64,000 bases of DNA from a virus (lineage: Duplodnaviria > Caudoviricetes): IMG/VR virus record IMGVR_UViG_3300028738_000008, one strand, 5' to 3'. Position numbers and translations under genes: made by a program. The notes under the pieces are model-generated. The model saw nothing but the letters and a program-made list of their open reading frames with translations, was not told where the DNA came from and ran no database searches. This document shows, one piece after another, positions 1 through 8,061 of the stretch (position 1 is its first letter; every line of letters starts with the position of its first letter).

Positions 1-448
1 CAACCAATCCTACGATTAAATCGTCTTGCAACAATGGTTGATATTGAAAATCTGGAGAAGTATACCCCGTGCCTGTATAATTTGCTGTTGTTGCACTTAA
101 AGACAAATTATCATTAAACTCAATATCATCAATCCAATAGTTTATATTGGTACTATCGCCAGACACAACACCTGTTCCACCAGTAATTGGACGCATAATA
201 TATTTTTCATTTAATGTTGTAGCAGATTCTGGTGAGTACCTTGATAATTCCACTAGTCTGGATTGAACAGTAACACCTGAAATATATCTTGTAGAGCCAG
301 ATATAAAAGCAGGCTCACAATCGGTTAATCCAGATGTTAAACATATTTTTAAATATGTGTCAACCAGATTATACTCCAATGTTGAAACGCCTTGGTCATC
401 AGTTACAATTTTAGTGGTTCTTAATATTTGTTTCTTAAGTATTTGCAT
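1..448 (-). CDS. hypothetical virion/baseplate-associated protein (partial, runs off window start)
   Basis: Not in ORF track. ATG at 446-448 overlaps the TAA of the wedge gene (TAATG); frame open to position 1 (MQILKKQILRTTKIVTDDQG..., Thr/Gly/Ser-rich). Confidence 0.75.
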   Translation of the reverse strand, partial: MQILKKQILRTTKIVTDDQGVSTLEYNLVDTYLKICLTSGLTDCEPAFISGSTRYISGVTVQSRLVELSRYSPESATTLNEKYIMRPITGGTGVVSGDSTNINYWIDDIEFNDNLSLSATTANYTGTGYTSPDFQYQPLLQDDLIVGLV

Positions 449-2283
449 TACATGTCAGTTCTTTTTCTCAAATAAACCCTAATATCTTGTTCTGGAAATT
501 TGATTTCAAACATTGAATCGGGGTCTGAATACACCGTATTATTAACAATAACAATCTCGCCAGTGGAAGTGTCTGAAATTGCTTGTGAAACAGCATTAAC
601 GGAATAGTTTCCACCAACCTTGTTATATATTTTCAAACCTATAACATTATTAACACCGCTAATTGCAGCTACAATATTGTTTAATTTACCTATGAATATA
701 TCTTCATTCATATCATGATTATTCACATTGAAGTAGGAGCTAATTGCATTTATAATATTGTTTGCTATTTGATTATCTGAAACCGTATTAACATATACGT
801 CAATATCAATAGCAATGTTATAAATTCTACCATCTCTAATCTCAATAAAGTCGTTAACCATTCGATAGCCACTTAAATATTCGGCAATGTTCTCTTTTAG
901 CATCGCATTGCTAGTATTTGACAATTTACTATCAGAACCGACACCTATCATACTAACAATCACCTTATTATTCATTTCGTAAGTGTTAGCTCTAAATGGA
1001 GAACCGAATTTACCCTGCATTTTATATAACTGTACTAAATAGTCTTTCAAAGCAACACATCTATTTTGACTTGAAAAGTTATAGCGAATAAGTTCTCTAA
1101 TCTGATCAATTGATAATCCGTCGTTACCGCCAATAGCTGCTATAGGATTCGTTACTTTTAAGCTACGAGTAACAGCATTATTAAAGTCTTGTCGTGATCC
1201 ATTTGCTTTCAAAGTATATGAACCCAATTGAGTCAGAACATTTGCGCCAATGTTTGAGCTAACGCCTCCACCAGTTCTATATTTTACATATAATGTATAA
1301 TTTTCCTTTAATTTATCACCAAGAGCAGTATTGCTTAGAAAATTATCAAGAAAGCTTTTATTTGTAATGCCGTTTTTGATAAAACCGTTTTTAAAGGTAT
1401 CAACGTCACTATCGCCAGAACCAAAAATAATTTTACAATATCCTGTTGATGTGAACTCCTTAATAAATTTTTTAGAAATATCTATCCATTTACCGCTTTT
1501 TATATCGCCAACTGATACACTGGTATTCTCAACAAATATTTTAGGCTGTGCAAGATAGTCAACCTCATAATATCTAAACATACCCACAGCATCAGCACTG
1601 TTAAATTCATCGTTTGTTGGGTTGGCGGCGTTATTAGTACCCTCCTTAAGTATAATACTTTCAATTTCAAGAATATCCTGATCTGGAAGTGTTATGCTAA
1701 AAAATGGTATAACATCTGAGCTATTTATAACACGTTTAAAAATATTTGAAGAGCCATTTAAAACAACCTCTCTCTTTGTGATACTATAATTTAGAATATT
1801 TCCATTGGCATTATAGTTAGGAATGATTGATCTATTTGGGTCGCCATTATTACTAACTGGTATGCTCCAGTCTATTACATCCTGTGTCTCGAATATCTTT
1901 CCGCCGCCCATAATCTGAGCACCTATCGCCAATGTTGGGTAATATGATGGATCGGGTGCGTCACCCAAGACAGGCACACTAACAGTTAAATCAACAATGG
2001 TTACTGATGGTCTCTTATTTGGAACATTGAAACCAAGATTTTTTGCAATGTCGATCATGGACTTTCTAAGTTGAGCATTTTCAAGAGTTGTTTCCTGATA
2101 AGCCCTATCAATATTCATTGATAAATTGTTATTCACGCCTGCATTAATATCTATTAACATAGAGCCAACGCTTGAATCTGTAAAATCGCTAAGGACTTCT
2201 GGATACTGCTGTTTAATGTATGCGATCAAGTCTGTTTTAATGTCGCCGAACGTTCTGCTAGAATATCTTACAATATTTGTCAT
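448..2283 (-). CDS. baseplate wedge protein (T4 gp6 / baseplate J-like)
   Basis: 611 aa; N-term SRTFGDIKTDLIAYIK..SVGSMLIDI..QETTLENAQLRKS..AKNLG, YRTGGG..NIGAN, GG.D..SIDQIRE and RCV..DY motifs typical of gp6/J; adjacent to gp25-like gene. Confidence 0.85.
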   Translation of the reverse strand: MTNIVRYSSRTFGDIKTDLIAYIKQQYPEVLSDFTDSSVGSMLIDINAGVNNNLSMNIDRAYQETTLENAQLRKSMIDIAKNLGFNVPNKRPSVTIVDLTVSVPVLGDAPDPSYYPTLAIGAQIMGGGKIFETQDVIDWSIPVSNNGDPNRSIIPNYNANGNILNYSITKREVVLNGSSNIFKRVINSSDVIPFFSITLPDQDILEIESIILKEGTNNAANPTNDEFNSADAVGMFRYYEVDYLAQPKIFVENTSVSVGDIKSGKWIDISKKFIKEFTSTGYCKIIFGSGDSDVDTFKNGFIKNGITNKSFLDNFLSNTALGDKLKENYTLYVKYRTGGGVSSNIGANVLTQLGSYTLKANGSRQDFNNAVTRSLKVTNPIAAIGGNDGLSIDQIRELIRYNFSSQNRCVALKDYLVQLYKMQGKFGSPFRANTYEMNNKVIVSMIGVGSDSKLSNTSNAMLKENIAEYLSGYRMVNDFIEIRDGRIYNIAIDIDVYVNTVSDNQIANNIINAISSYFNVNNHDMNEDIFIGKLNNIVAAISGVNNVIGLKIYNKVGGNYSVNAVSQAISDTSTGEIVIVNNTVYSDPDSMFEIKFPEQDIRVYLRKRTDM

Positions 2284-2294
2284 CGTATATTTTA

Positions 2295-2687
2295 TTAAAA
2301 TTTTAATTCAAGTGTGTCCTTCTGAGAAAATGAGTCTTCTGTATAAACAAAATCAATGTTAACTGTTAACTGATTCTCGTCCATAGTTGGATCAGTATCG
2401 CTTCTCGTAAAAGTTACATTTTTTATTGATATGTTTGGAAGATACAATGCCACTGTATTTTTTATATCATTAATCACATCCGAAGAGGTTATTCCATCAT
2501 TTGGTTCAAATATAAATTTCTCTAAATCTGTGCCATAATCAGGCTCATAATATCTCTCGCCCTTTTGGGTTAATAATAGCAACATTAAGTCAGATGTATA
2601 TGCATCCTTTGTCACTTTTGTAAGTTCAAAAAATGTATTTGTAATATTATCATCAACAATAGGAAATTTTATATTATATGTGCCCAT
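2295..2687 (-). CDS. baseplate wedge gp25-like protein
   Basis: 130 aa; LLLTQKGERYYEPDYGTDLEKFIFEPND..IKNTVALYLPNI matches the GPW/gp25 pattern. Confidence 0.88.
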   Translation of the reverse strand: MGTYNIKFPIVDDNITNTFFELTKVTKDAYTSDLMLLLLTQKGERYYEPDYGTDLEKFIFEPNDGITSSDVINDIKNTVALYLPNISIKNVTFTRSDTDPTMDENQLTVNIDFVYTEDSFSQKDTLELKF

Positions 2688-2700
2688 TCACTAGTTTTTT

Positions 2701-2710
2701 ATATAAATAC
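2701..2710 (-). promoter_or_regulatory. putative phage late promoter GTATTTATAT
   Basis: Exact 10-mer upstream of gp25/gp6 genes; recurs upstream of at least 11 genes. Confidence 0.65.
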
Positions 2711-2717
2711 AAACAAA

Positions 2718-2754
2718 AAAAAATCCTTATCTATAAAATAGATAAGGATTTTTT
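2718..2754 (-). terminator. intrinsic terminator
   Basis: Inverted repeat AAAAAATCCTTATCTAT / ATAGATAAGGATTTTTT just past the stop of 2774..3238. Confidence 0.7.
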
Positions 2755-2773
2755 AATGATATGCGTGTGTGTT

Positions 2774-3238
2774 TTACGCTTTCGGCTTACGACCACGTTT
2801 AATGCCCTTTTCAGCTTTCAACTGTGCTTCTTCATCCCTGATTTTATCAAAGACGCTTTTAACAGATTCCTTAAAGGCAATTACCTGATTGTCACCAAAT
2901 TTCTTTAATACTCCAGTGAATGTTGTGAAGTCTGGTTTGTTTAAAGAAACCACATCTGTATCTGATACAGAAATACCTGCCAAGCATTCATGCAATGCTA
3001 ATTTTTGAAATTCGGGAGTTAGCATATCGAATGCCTTCTCATTAACAACAATGGCGAAATCAACGCCCTCTGATAATAGAACGACCAATTCATTGTTGCG
3101 AACAATTTTAGCCAATTCTTTCTGATTAACATTACAGAGTAATTTAAATACGAGAAATTTTGCTAGAGTGGTTTCATCACGCACTATATCAAATAATTCT
3201 TCTAATTCATCACTAGCTTTTTCAAAATGTGTTGCCAT
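2774..3238 (-). CDS. putative phage metallopeptidase-like protein
   Basis: 154 aa; DFAIVVNEKAFDML..LALHECLAGI resembles the phage metallopeptidase family, with a degenerate HExxH; basic C-terminal tail. Confidence 0.5.
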   Translation of the reverse strand: MATHFEKASDELEELFDIVRDETTLAKFLVFKLLCNVNQKELAKIVRNNELVVLLSEGVDFAIVVNEKAFDMLTPEFQKLALHECLAGISVSDTDVVSLNKPDFTTFTGVLKKFGDNQVIAFKESVKSVFDKIRDEEAQLKAEKGIKRGRKPKA

Positions 3239-3270
3239 ACTAATATATTTTTAATTAAAATTTAACAGTA

Positions 3271-3278
3271 CAAAAGTA
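3271..3278 (-). promoter_or_regulatory. Bacteroidota sigma70-type -7 element (TACTTTTG)
   Basis: Matches TAnnTTTG, intergenic, co-oriented with 2774..3238. Confidence 0.6.
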
Positions 3279-3296
3279 GGTAATATTTTGAATAAA

Positions 3297-3746
3297 TCAA
3301 AGCAAATTTTCGTATTTCTTTTTTATTTCCGCAATTGATTCCTTATATTCAGCTCCAACGCCTTCCAAATCAGATGTTAACGTTTCGATAAACACTAATA
3401 AATCTTTTGTTAGTGTTTTAACACTGATCTTGGCAGCATCAATGGCTTCGATTTCATTTGTTAAATCTTCATCCAATTGAAATGCCTGTGCTAACTTAGC
3501 CAACACAGCATCAGCTGCTTCAAGCTTCTTAATTTCATCAGCATATGCTGCATTCTGAGCATCAGCAACCACTTTTTCAACTGGTGCTATTTTGCTATTA
3601 ATTACTTCAAGTCTTTCACGAATAGCGTCAAGTCTACCCATTTTGCTTTCAGCCAATTCGGAGATTTTGTTGATATTCGCAGCACCTTCTGAATTGAAGT
3701 CGCCATTATCTAAAGACTCCTTCAAATTGTTTAAAAAATCGCTCAT
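3297..3746 (-). CDS. hypothetical coiled-coil protein
   Basis: 149 aa ORF, Ala/Glu/Lys-rich, tightly packed with neighbours. Confidence 0.75.
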   Translation of the reverse strand: MSDFLNNLKESLDNGDFNSEGAANINKISELAESKMGRLDAIRERLEVINSKIAPVEKVVADAQNAAYADEIKKLEAADAVLAKLAQAFQLDEDLTNEIEAIDAAKISVKTLTKDLLVFIETLTSDLEGVGAEYKESIAEIKKKYENLL

Positions 3747-3751
3747 AATGT

Positions 3752-4192
3752 TTACTGTATGAAATTACTTAAAATCGCAACGGCGTCATAATTCAGTTCA
3801 ACATTAGGACATAACGACATATTAATGTTGTTAACCTTAATGTCACTCTCCATTTCAAGAAACTTTATATACTCTGCATAAAGAACTGCGTGCTTCTCTT
3901 TATCGGCTTCTGTCAATTCCTTATATCCGATCATAAAGACATTGTTAAGATTCGTTTTCTCTTCTTCGGTCATGTCAACCAATTTTTCATTTGCTATTTC
4001 AAATGCTTTTTTCTCGATCTCTTTCAAATCGGCAGACACGCTGTCGTCAATCAGCTTAATTTCGCTGGTTAGAATTTTCTCGATCTTATTCAATTCCATG
4101 TTAAAATAGGTATTAACTATTTTACTTTCTCTTACGATTCCTTTTAGAACCTCAAAATCCCTGCCCAATCGCTGTACTTCTGAATACTTCAT
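3752..4192 (-). CDS. hypothetical protein
   Basis: 146 aa ORF in operon-like packing. Confidence 0.75.
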   Translation of the reverse strand: MKYSEVQRLGRDFEVLKGIVRESKIVNTYFNMELNKIEKILTSEIKLIDDSVSADLKEIEKKAFEIANEKLVDMTEEEKTNLNNVFMIGYKELTEADKEKHAVLYAEYIKFLEMESDIKVNNINMSLCPNVELNYDAVAILSNFIQ

Positions 4193-4202
4193 AATTGTTT
4201 TT

Positions 4203-5093
4203 TTATTTTACTTCGCCTATTTCTTTAGCCATGAACTTATAAACCTCGAAAGTATCATCGCCATTTTTATCCTTTATTATTATTCTTTTTACAAAATTTT
4301 GAATATTATATCCAATTAATTTGCCATAAGTATCTTTAATGAAAACCTGATCAATACCTATAATTTCCTTTAAAATTTTAGAATCATCTGGCAGACTACT
4401 AGTTTTATACTTAATCGGAATGAAAAACTCAAGTCTAAATAGTTCAGTTCCAACTATTTTTACATGTAATACCTCAGACAATTGTTCTATTTTATTAACT
4501 GAATCATTTTCTCGAAGGCATTTGATTGGAAACTCCAATTGCTTTGACATTGATACTGAGTCGTTTAAAACAAACTTATCCTCAATCTCTGTCATAATAT
4601 TAACAGCCTTGGCGAACCCTATTTCAATGGGTGTATTATTGAAGATGTGAACTATTTCATAGTCATCATCGTCAGTTTTTCGTTCCTTATATTCATTGTT
4701 AATAACTTCACCAACTGTTTTACCAGCATTTTTACTTTTTTCATCGAAGAAACCATAATGCTCATATGAACGACCCCATTTGTCTTTCTTACCATAATTC
4801 ATTCCATGACGGTCTGTGGCTGCTGCCATCTTATGTGCTGTGGCGTTTCGCATAAACTTATCGCCCTCTTTAAGAATCTCGTAATACTCCTGAGTATATT
4901 TTTCATCTTCCTTTCCAGCATAAAACGATTCCAAGGTGTTATTTCTATGTCGATGCCTCTGAATTTTCTTATCCTTTTCAGAACCAGCATGATTAATAGA
5001 CTTGAAGATTAGCTCGTCAGCATAACTTAATGCCATGCCGATTCTAATTGCAATGCTATACGATAAATTCTTAATATATTTTGATACAGACAT
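4203..5093 (-). CDS. hypothetical protein
   Basis: 296 aa ORF. Confidence 0.8.
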   Translation of the reverse strand: MSVSKYIKNLSYSIAIRIGMALSYADELIFKSINHAGSEKDKKIQRHRHRNNTLESFYAGKEDEKYTQEYYEILKEGDKFMRNATAHKMAAATDRHGMNYGKKDKWGRSYEHYGFFDEKSKNAGKTVGEVINNEYKERKTDDDDYEIVHIFNNTPIEIGFAKAVNIMTEIEDKFVLNDSVSMSKQLEFPIKCLRENDSVNKIEQLSEVLHVKIVGTELFRLEFFIPIKYKTSSLPDDSKILKEIIGIDQVFIKDTYGKLIGYNIQNFVKRIIIKDKNGDDTFEVYKFMAKEIGEVK

Positions 5094-5103
5094 TATTTGA
5101 TAG

Positions 5104-5451
5104 CTAGTTATTTTTCATTTTTGTCTTATCTATAAGACTTTTTATTTTTGCATCCTTTTGAGCAATAACTTTATTAAGTTCAACGAAATGTTTCTCAACC
5201 TGATCCTTAATGGCATTGGTCAATTTTAAATTCTCGCTTTCATCATTTTTAAGTTTTGCTGCCCTAACCTCTGCATCGACAGCCTTAGATGCCTTAAGCA
5301 AGCCATTTAACAGATGATTAAACTTTGGAACATTCGTATGTAAACGAGCATCAGCATAAGCCTTTTTCAACTCAACCCTGATTTTGTGTTTCAAAATAAG
5401 ATCAAGAACATATGTCTTGACCTTGTTATACATTTTCTTAAATAGATTCAT
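5104..5451 (-). CDS. hypothetical protein
   Basis: 115 aa basic ORF overlapping the end of the upstream gene. Confidence 0.7.
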   Translation of the reverse strand: MNLFKKMYNKVKTYVLDLILKHKIRVELKKAYADARLHTNVPKFNHLLNGLLKASKAVDAEVRAAKLKNDESENLKLTNAIKDQVEKHFVELNKVIAQKDAKIKSLIDKTKMKNN

Positions 5452-6814
5452 TTTTGTTTAGTAATTTTTTATAGACCTCGACTCTAGCCTTAGTCACTTC
5501 TTCAAGATTATAACTAATTTTAAAATCGTTATGTAATTGTGCGCCCAATCCCTTACGTAATCCTTCATCTAGGATTAGTCTCTTTAAATACTTCGCCCAA
5601 AATTTATTTGAATTTGTTTTTGACGGAATGAGAATGCAATTTTCCATATGTCTGCCATCGACATTATAAGGAGCGACATCACTACATATAATTGGTAGGC
5701 TTCTAGTCCAACATTCAACCTGTTTTAAATTGGATTTCATGTTGTTAAAAGTGTTATCAGCTAACGGCGCAATAACAATGTCAGTCTCATTTAAAACATT
5801 TGCATAAGTATTAACCTTTTGCGTCCAACGTCTAGCATAATTACCCTCATTTGGATATGTGTGAACTCTGTCATATTTGTTGAGGAATGTCAGATAATTC
5901 TTATCTTTAATGATTCTATGGTTATCAGATAATATATTTTCATATAGATAATATGACGATTCTTTGGGTTCGATAGCCCTTTCTGTTTTGATAAAAACGT
6001 TATCCTTATAACGATCACGTAACTCCTGTGGAAGCTGTGTAATACCGCTAATATCGCCTTTACCTTCATTAATTAATTTAATGATCTTGTTGTTATATAG
6101 CTTTTTCTCCTGTAATTCTTTACCAAGTTCTTGATTAAACTTAACCTCGGTTGTATTACCGTTAATATCCCATCCAGCTAAAACCATTTTAAATTTATCC
6201 CTTGTTAGAACGTCATTATTCAAAATGTTTATAACACCCTCCATTTGAGTTAAATCACCTAAATGCGACGAGCCGCCCATGTAAGTAATTCTAACCCTTC
6301 CGTCTGTGCTTGGCGTCCAATTGTTTTGAAACTGATCCATTGAGTTCGGGTCGATTGAATTTGGCATGACGAACACATTATCCAGACCGCTAACTTTTCT
6401 AATTTCGGCGGCGAATAATTCGGTTGTGGTTGTGATGTAGTCGGCATTCTTTATAGCTAGCTCAATATGCTGTTGAAGCCTATTATGAATGTAGAATGCA
6501 TACAAAGGGTGCGACTTTGGTAATTGCCAGTAGTCATCCATGTCTAAAATAAGTATAGTCCCAGCGTCTCGTAATGCTTTACGGAAACTAGGATACTTTC
6601 TAGCATTATATAATTCCTTGTGATAGTGAATTATATCAAATGATGTAAGATAATTTATAATTTCTGGTTCTTCGAAGTTTATATTCGGATTTATCTCTAC
6701 GAAGAATTCGTCGCTATGATTTTTATCAACCTCCATAGCTGGAGTCAATGTTCTATAGTAATTAACGCCTGCGACGTCGGTGTTATAGAATAATATTCTG
6801 ATTTTTTTTTCCAT
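5438..6814 (-). CDS. glycosyltransferase (GT-B fold, GT4-like)
   Basis: 458 aa; GVNYYRTLTP, ILDMDDYWQL, ADYITTTT, IAPLADNTFNNMKSNLKQVE and PIICSDVAPY motifs; contains an insertion of about 100 aa. Confidence 0.8.
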   Translation of the reverse strand: MEKKIRILFYNTDVAGVNYYRTLTPAMEVDKNHSDEFFVEINPNINFEEPEIINYLTSFDIIHYHKELYNARKYPSFRKALRDAGTILILDMDDYWQLPKSHPLYAFYIHNRLQQHIELAIKNADYITTTTELFAAEIRKVSGLDNVFVMPNSIDPNSMDQFQNNWTPSTDGRVRITYMGGSSHLGDLTQMEGVINILNNDVLTRDKFKMVLAGWDINGNTTEVKFNQELGKELQEKKLYNNKIIKLINEGKGDISGITQLPQELRDRYKDNVFIKTERAIEPKESSYYLYENILSDNHRIIKDKNYLTFLNKYDRVHTYPNEGNYARRWTQKVNTYANVLNETDIVIAPLADNTFNNMKSNLKQVECWTRSLPIICSDVAPYNVDGRHMENCILIPSKTNSNKFWAKYLKRLILDEGLRKGLGAQLHNDFKISYNLEEVTKARVEVYKKLLNKNESI

Positions 6815-6820
6815 AATTAA

Positions 6821-6866
6821 AAAATAATACTGTGTCTTTAGAAATGCAAAGTAACAGTATTATTTT
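6821..6866. terminator. 13-bp inverted repeat enclosing a promoter-like TTACTTTG (minus strand 6847-6854)
   Basis: AAAATAATACTGT (6821-6833) / ACAGTATTATTTT (6854-6866). Confidence 0.5.
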
Positions 6867-6904
6867 GTTATATCAAAGTGTTTTTATAAAAAAATAAATA
6901 ATTT

Positions 6905-7237
6905 TTATATTGCCTTACTCTTTTTTGTTATAATAGCTTTTTCGACGGCGACTAACTCAGGAATAACTACTTTTGGCTTACTCTTATTTGCCTTTATTGT
7001 TGAGTCTGAATTCATCTCATTTCTACTGGCTTCTATGACAGATATCAAATTTTTTGCTCTTAGTTTATGAATCGAAACTGGTAATGACACTATATCCATG
7101 AATAATACTTCACCTGCACGCAGCACGATGTTTTTTTTCTCCATGTTATTCACATACTCGATTTCAACAGAGCTATTATAGCTATTTTGTCTTCTCTCAA
7201 TTCTGTTTGTTATGTTTGTTATTTTATATATTCCCAT
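6905..7237 (-). CDS. hypothetical protein
   Basis: 110 aa; starts GIYKITN but lacks the YIG motif. Confidence 0.75.
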   Translation of the reverse strand: MGIYKITNITNRIERRQNSYNSSVEIEYVNNMEKKNIVLRAGEVLFMDIVSLPVSIHKLRAKNLISVIEASRNEMNSDSTIKANKSKPKVVIPELVAVEKAIITKKSKAI

Positions 7238-7248
7238 GATAAATTTTT

Positions 7249-8043
7249 TTAAAATCCCTGAATTAGAGACTCGCCGTATTTGATTCCGTCGAATCCGTAT
7301 TTTTTAGCCTTTTCAGCTATTGCCTTACATTTTAAATTAAATTCGCTAATATTATTTTCTTTAGAAATTGCATTAAAATTCACGTGCGGAAACCATATAT
7401 TTGCCAGAACATCTATAGGATTTTGGCTATTCTTATAAGAAATACCCATTTTATCCGTATCCATGATATTATCAAATTCAATTTCATATTTTTTCATACC
7501 TTCTTTAGGCTGCAACGAAAAGAAATTACCGTTACTGGAATTATTTTTAAAATCATCCCTTCTATATCCAATTAGCTTTACAGCATTTCCAGATTCTTCA
7601 CCATTTTCATTTTCATCTACGCCTGACTCAATACTATCCAAGAAATTATTTGGTATAGTATTGCTCTCAGCCTCTTTTTGCTGCTCATAATCATATATGT
7701 CTTGAACCTTATTTAAGGCTCTGCAAGCGTTTTTATGATCGAGATCAACAATTATAGCTCTTATAGTCTTACGTCCCTCATACAGTGCTTTTACAAGCCT
7801 ATGATGACCATCTAAGACGAATAGTTCACTGTTAATCCATATTGGTTTTTGTTCGTCATCAATATCAGCGTTATCAACCTCATGTGAAAATGTAATTCCC
7901 TGCAAGACTCTCAATATAGCTGGATTAATATCTATAACTCTGCTATTAACGCCATCGGCATTGAGTTTATCAACGACAATCTCAAAAGGTGCATTTACTT
8001 GTGGTAAATAAGCTGGTCTATGCTGCATATCTATTGTACTCAT
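7249..8043 (-). CDS. ParB/Srx-like domain protein with possible C-terminal ADP-ribosyltransferase-like domain
   Basis: PIWINSELFVLDGHHRLVKAL is a ParB/Srx motif; the C-terminal half has GYR..FFS..YEIEFDNIMD..GFDGIKY. Confidence 0.65.
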   Translation of the reverse strand: MSTIDMQHRPAYLPQVNAPFEIVVDKLNADGVNSRVIDINPAILRVLQGITFSHEVDNADIDDEQKPIWINSELFVLDGHHRLVKALYEGRKTIRAIIVDLDHKNACRALNKVQDIYDYEQQKEAESNTIPNNFLDSIESGVDENENGEESGNAVKLIGYRRDDFKNNSSNGNFFSLQPKEGMKKYEIEFDNIMDTDKMGISYKNSQNPIDVLANIWFPHVNFNAISKENNISEFNLKCKAIAEKAKKYGFDGIKYGESLIQGF

Positions 8044-8046
8044 GCT

Positions 8047-8055
8047 TATAAATAG
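8047..8055 (-). promoter_or_regulatory. late-promoter-like variant CTATTTATA
   Basis: 3 nt upstream of the ATG of 7249..8043. Confidence 0.35.
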
Positions 8056-8061
8056 TTTATT

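Noticed and set aside
6905-7237. GIY-YIG homing endonuclease suggested by N-terminal MGIYKITN
   Set aside because: No YIG motif or downstream catalytic Arg/Glu/Asn pattern; the rest of the protein does not fit the family.
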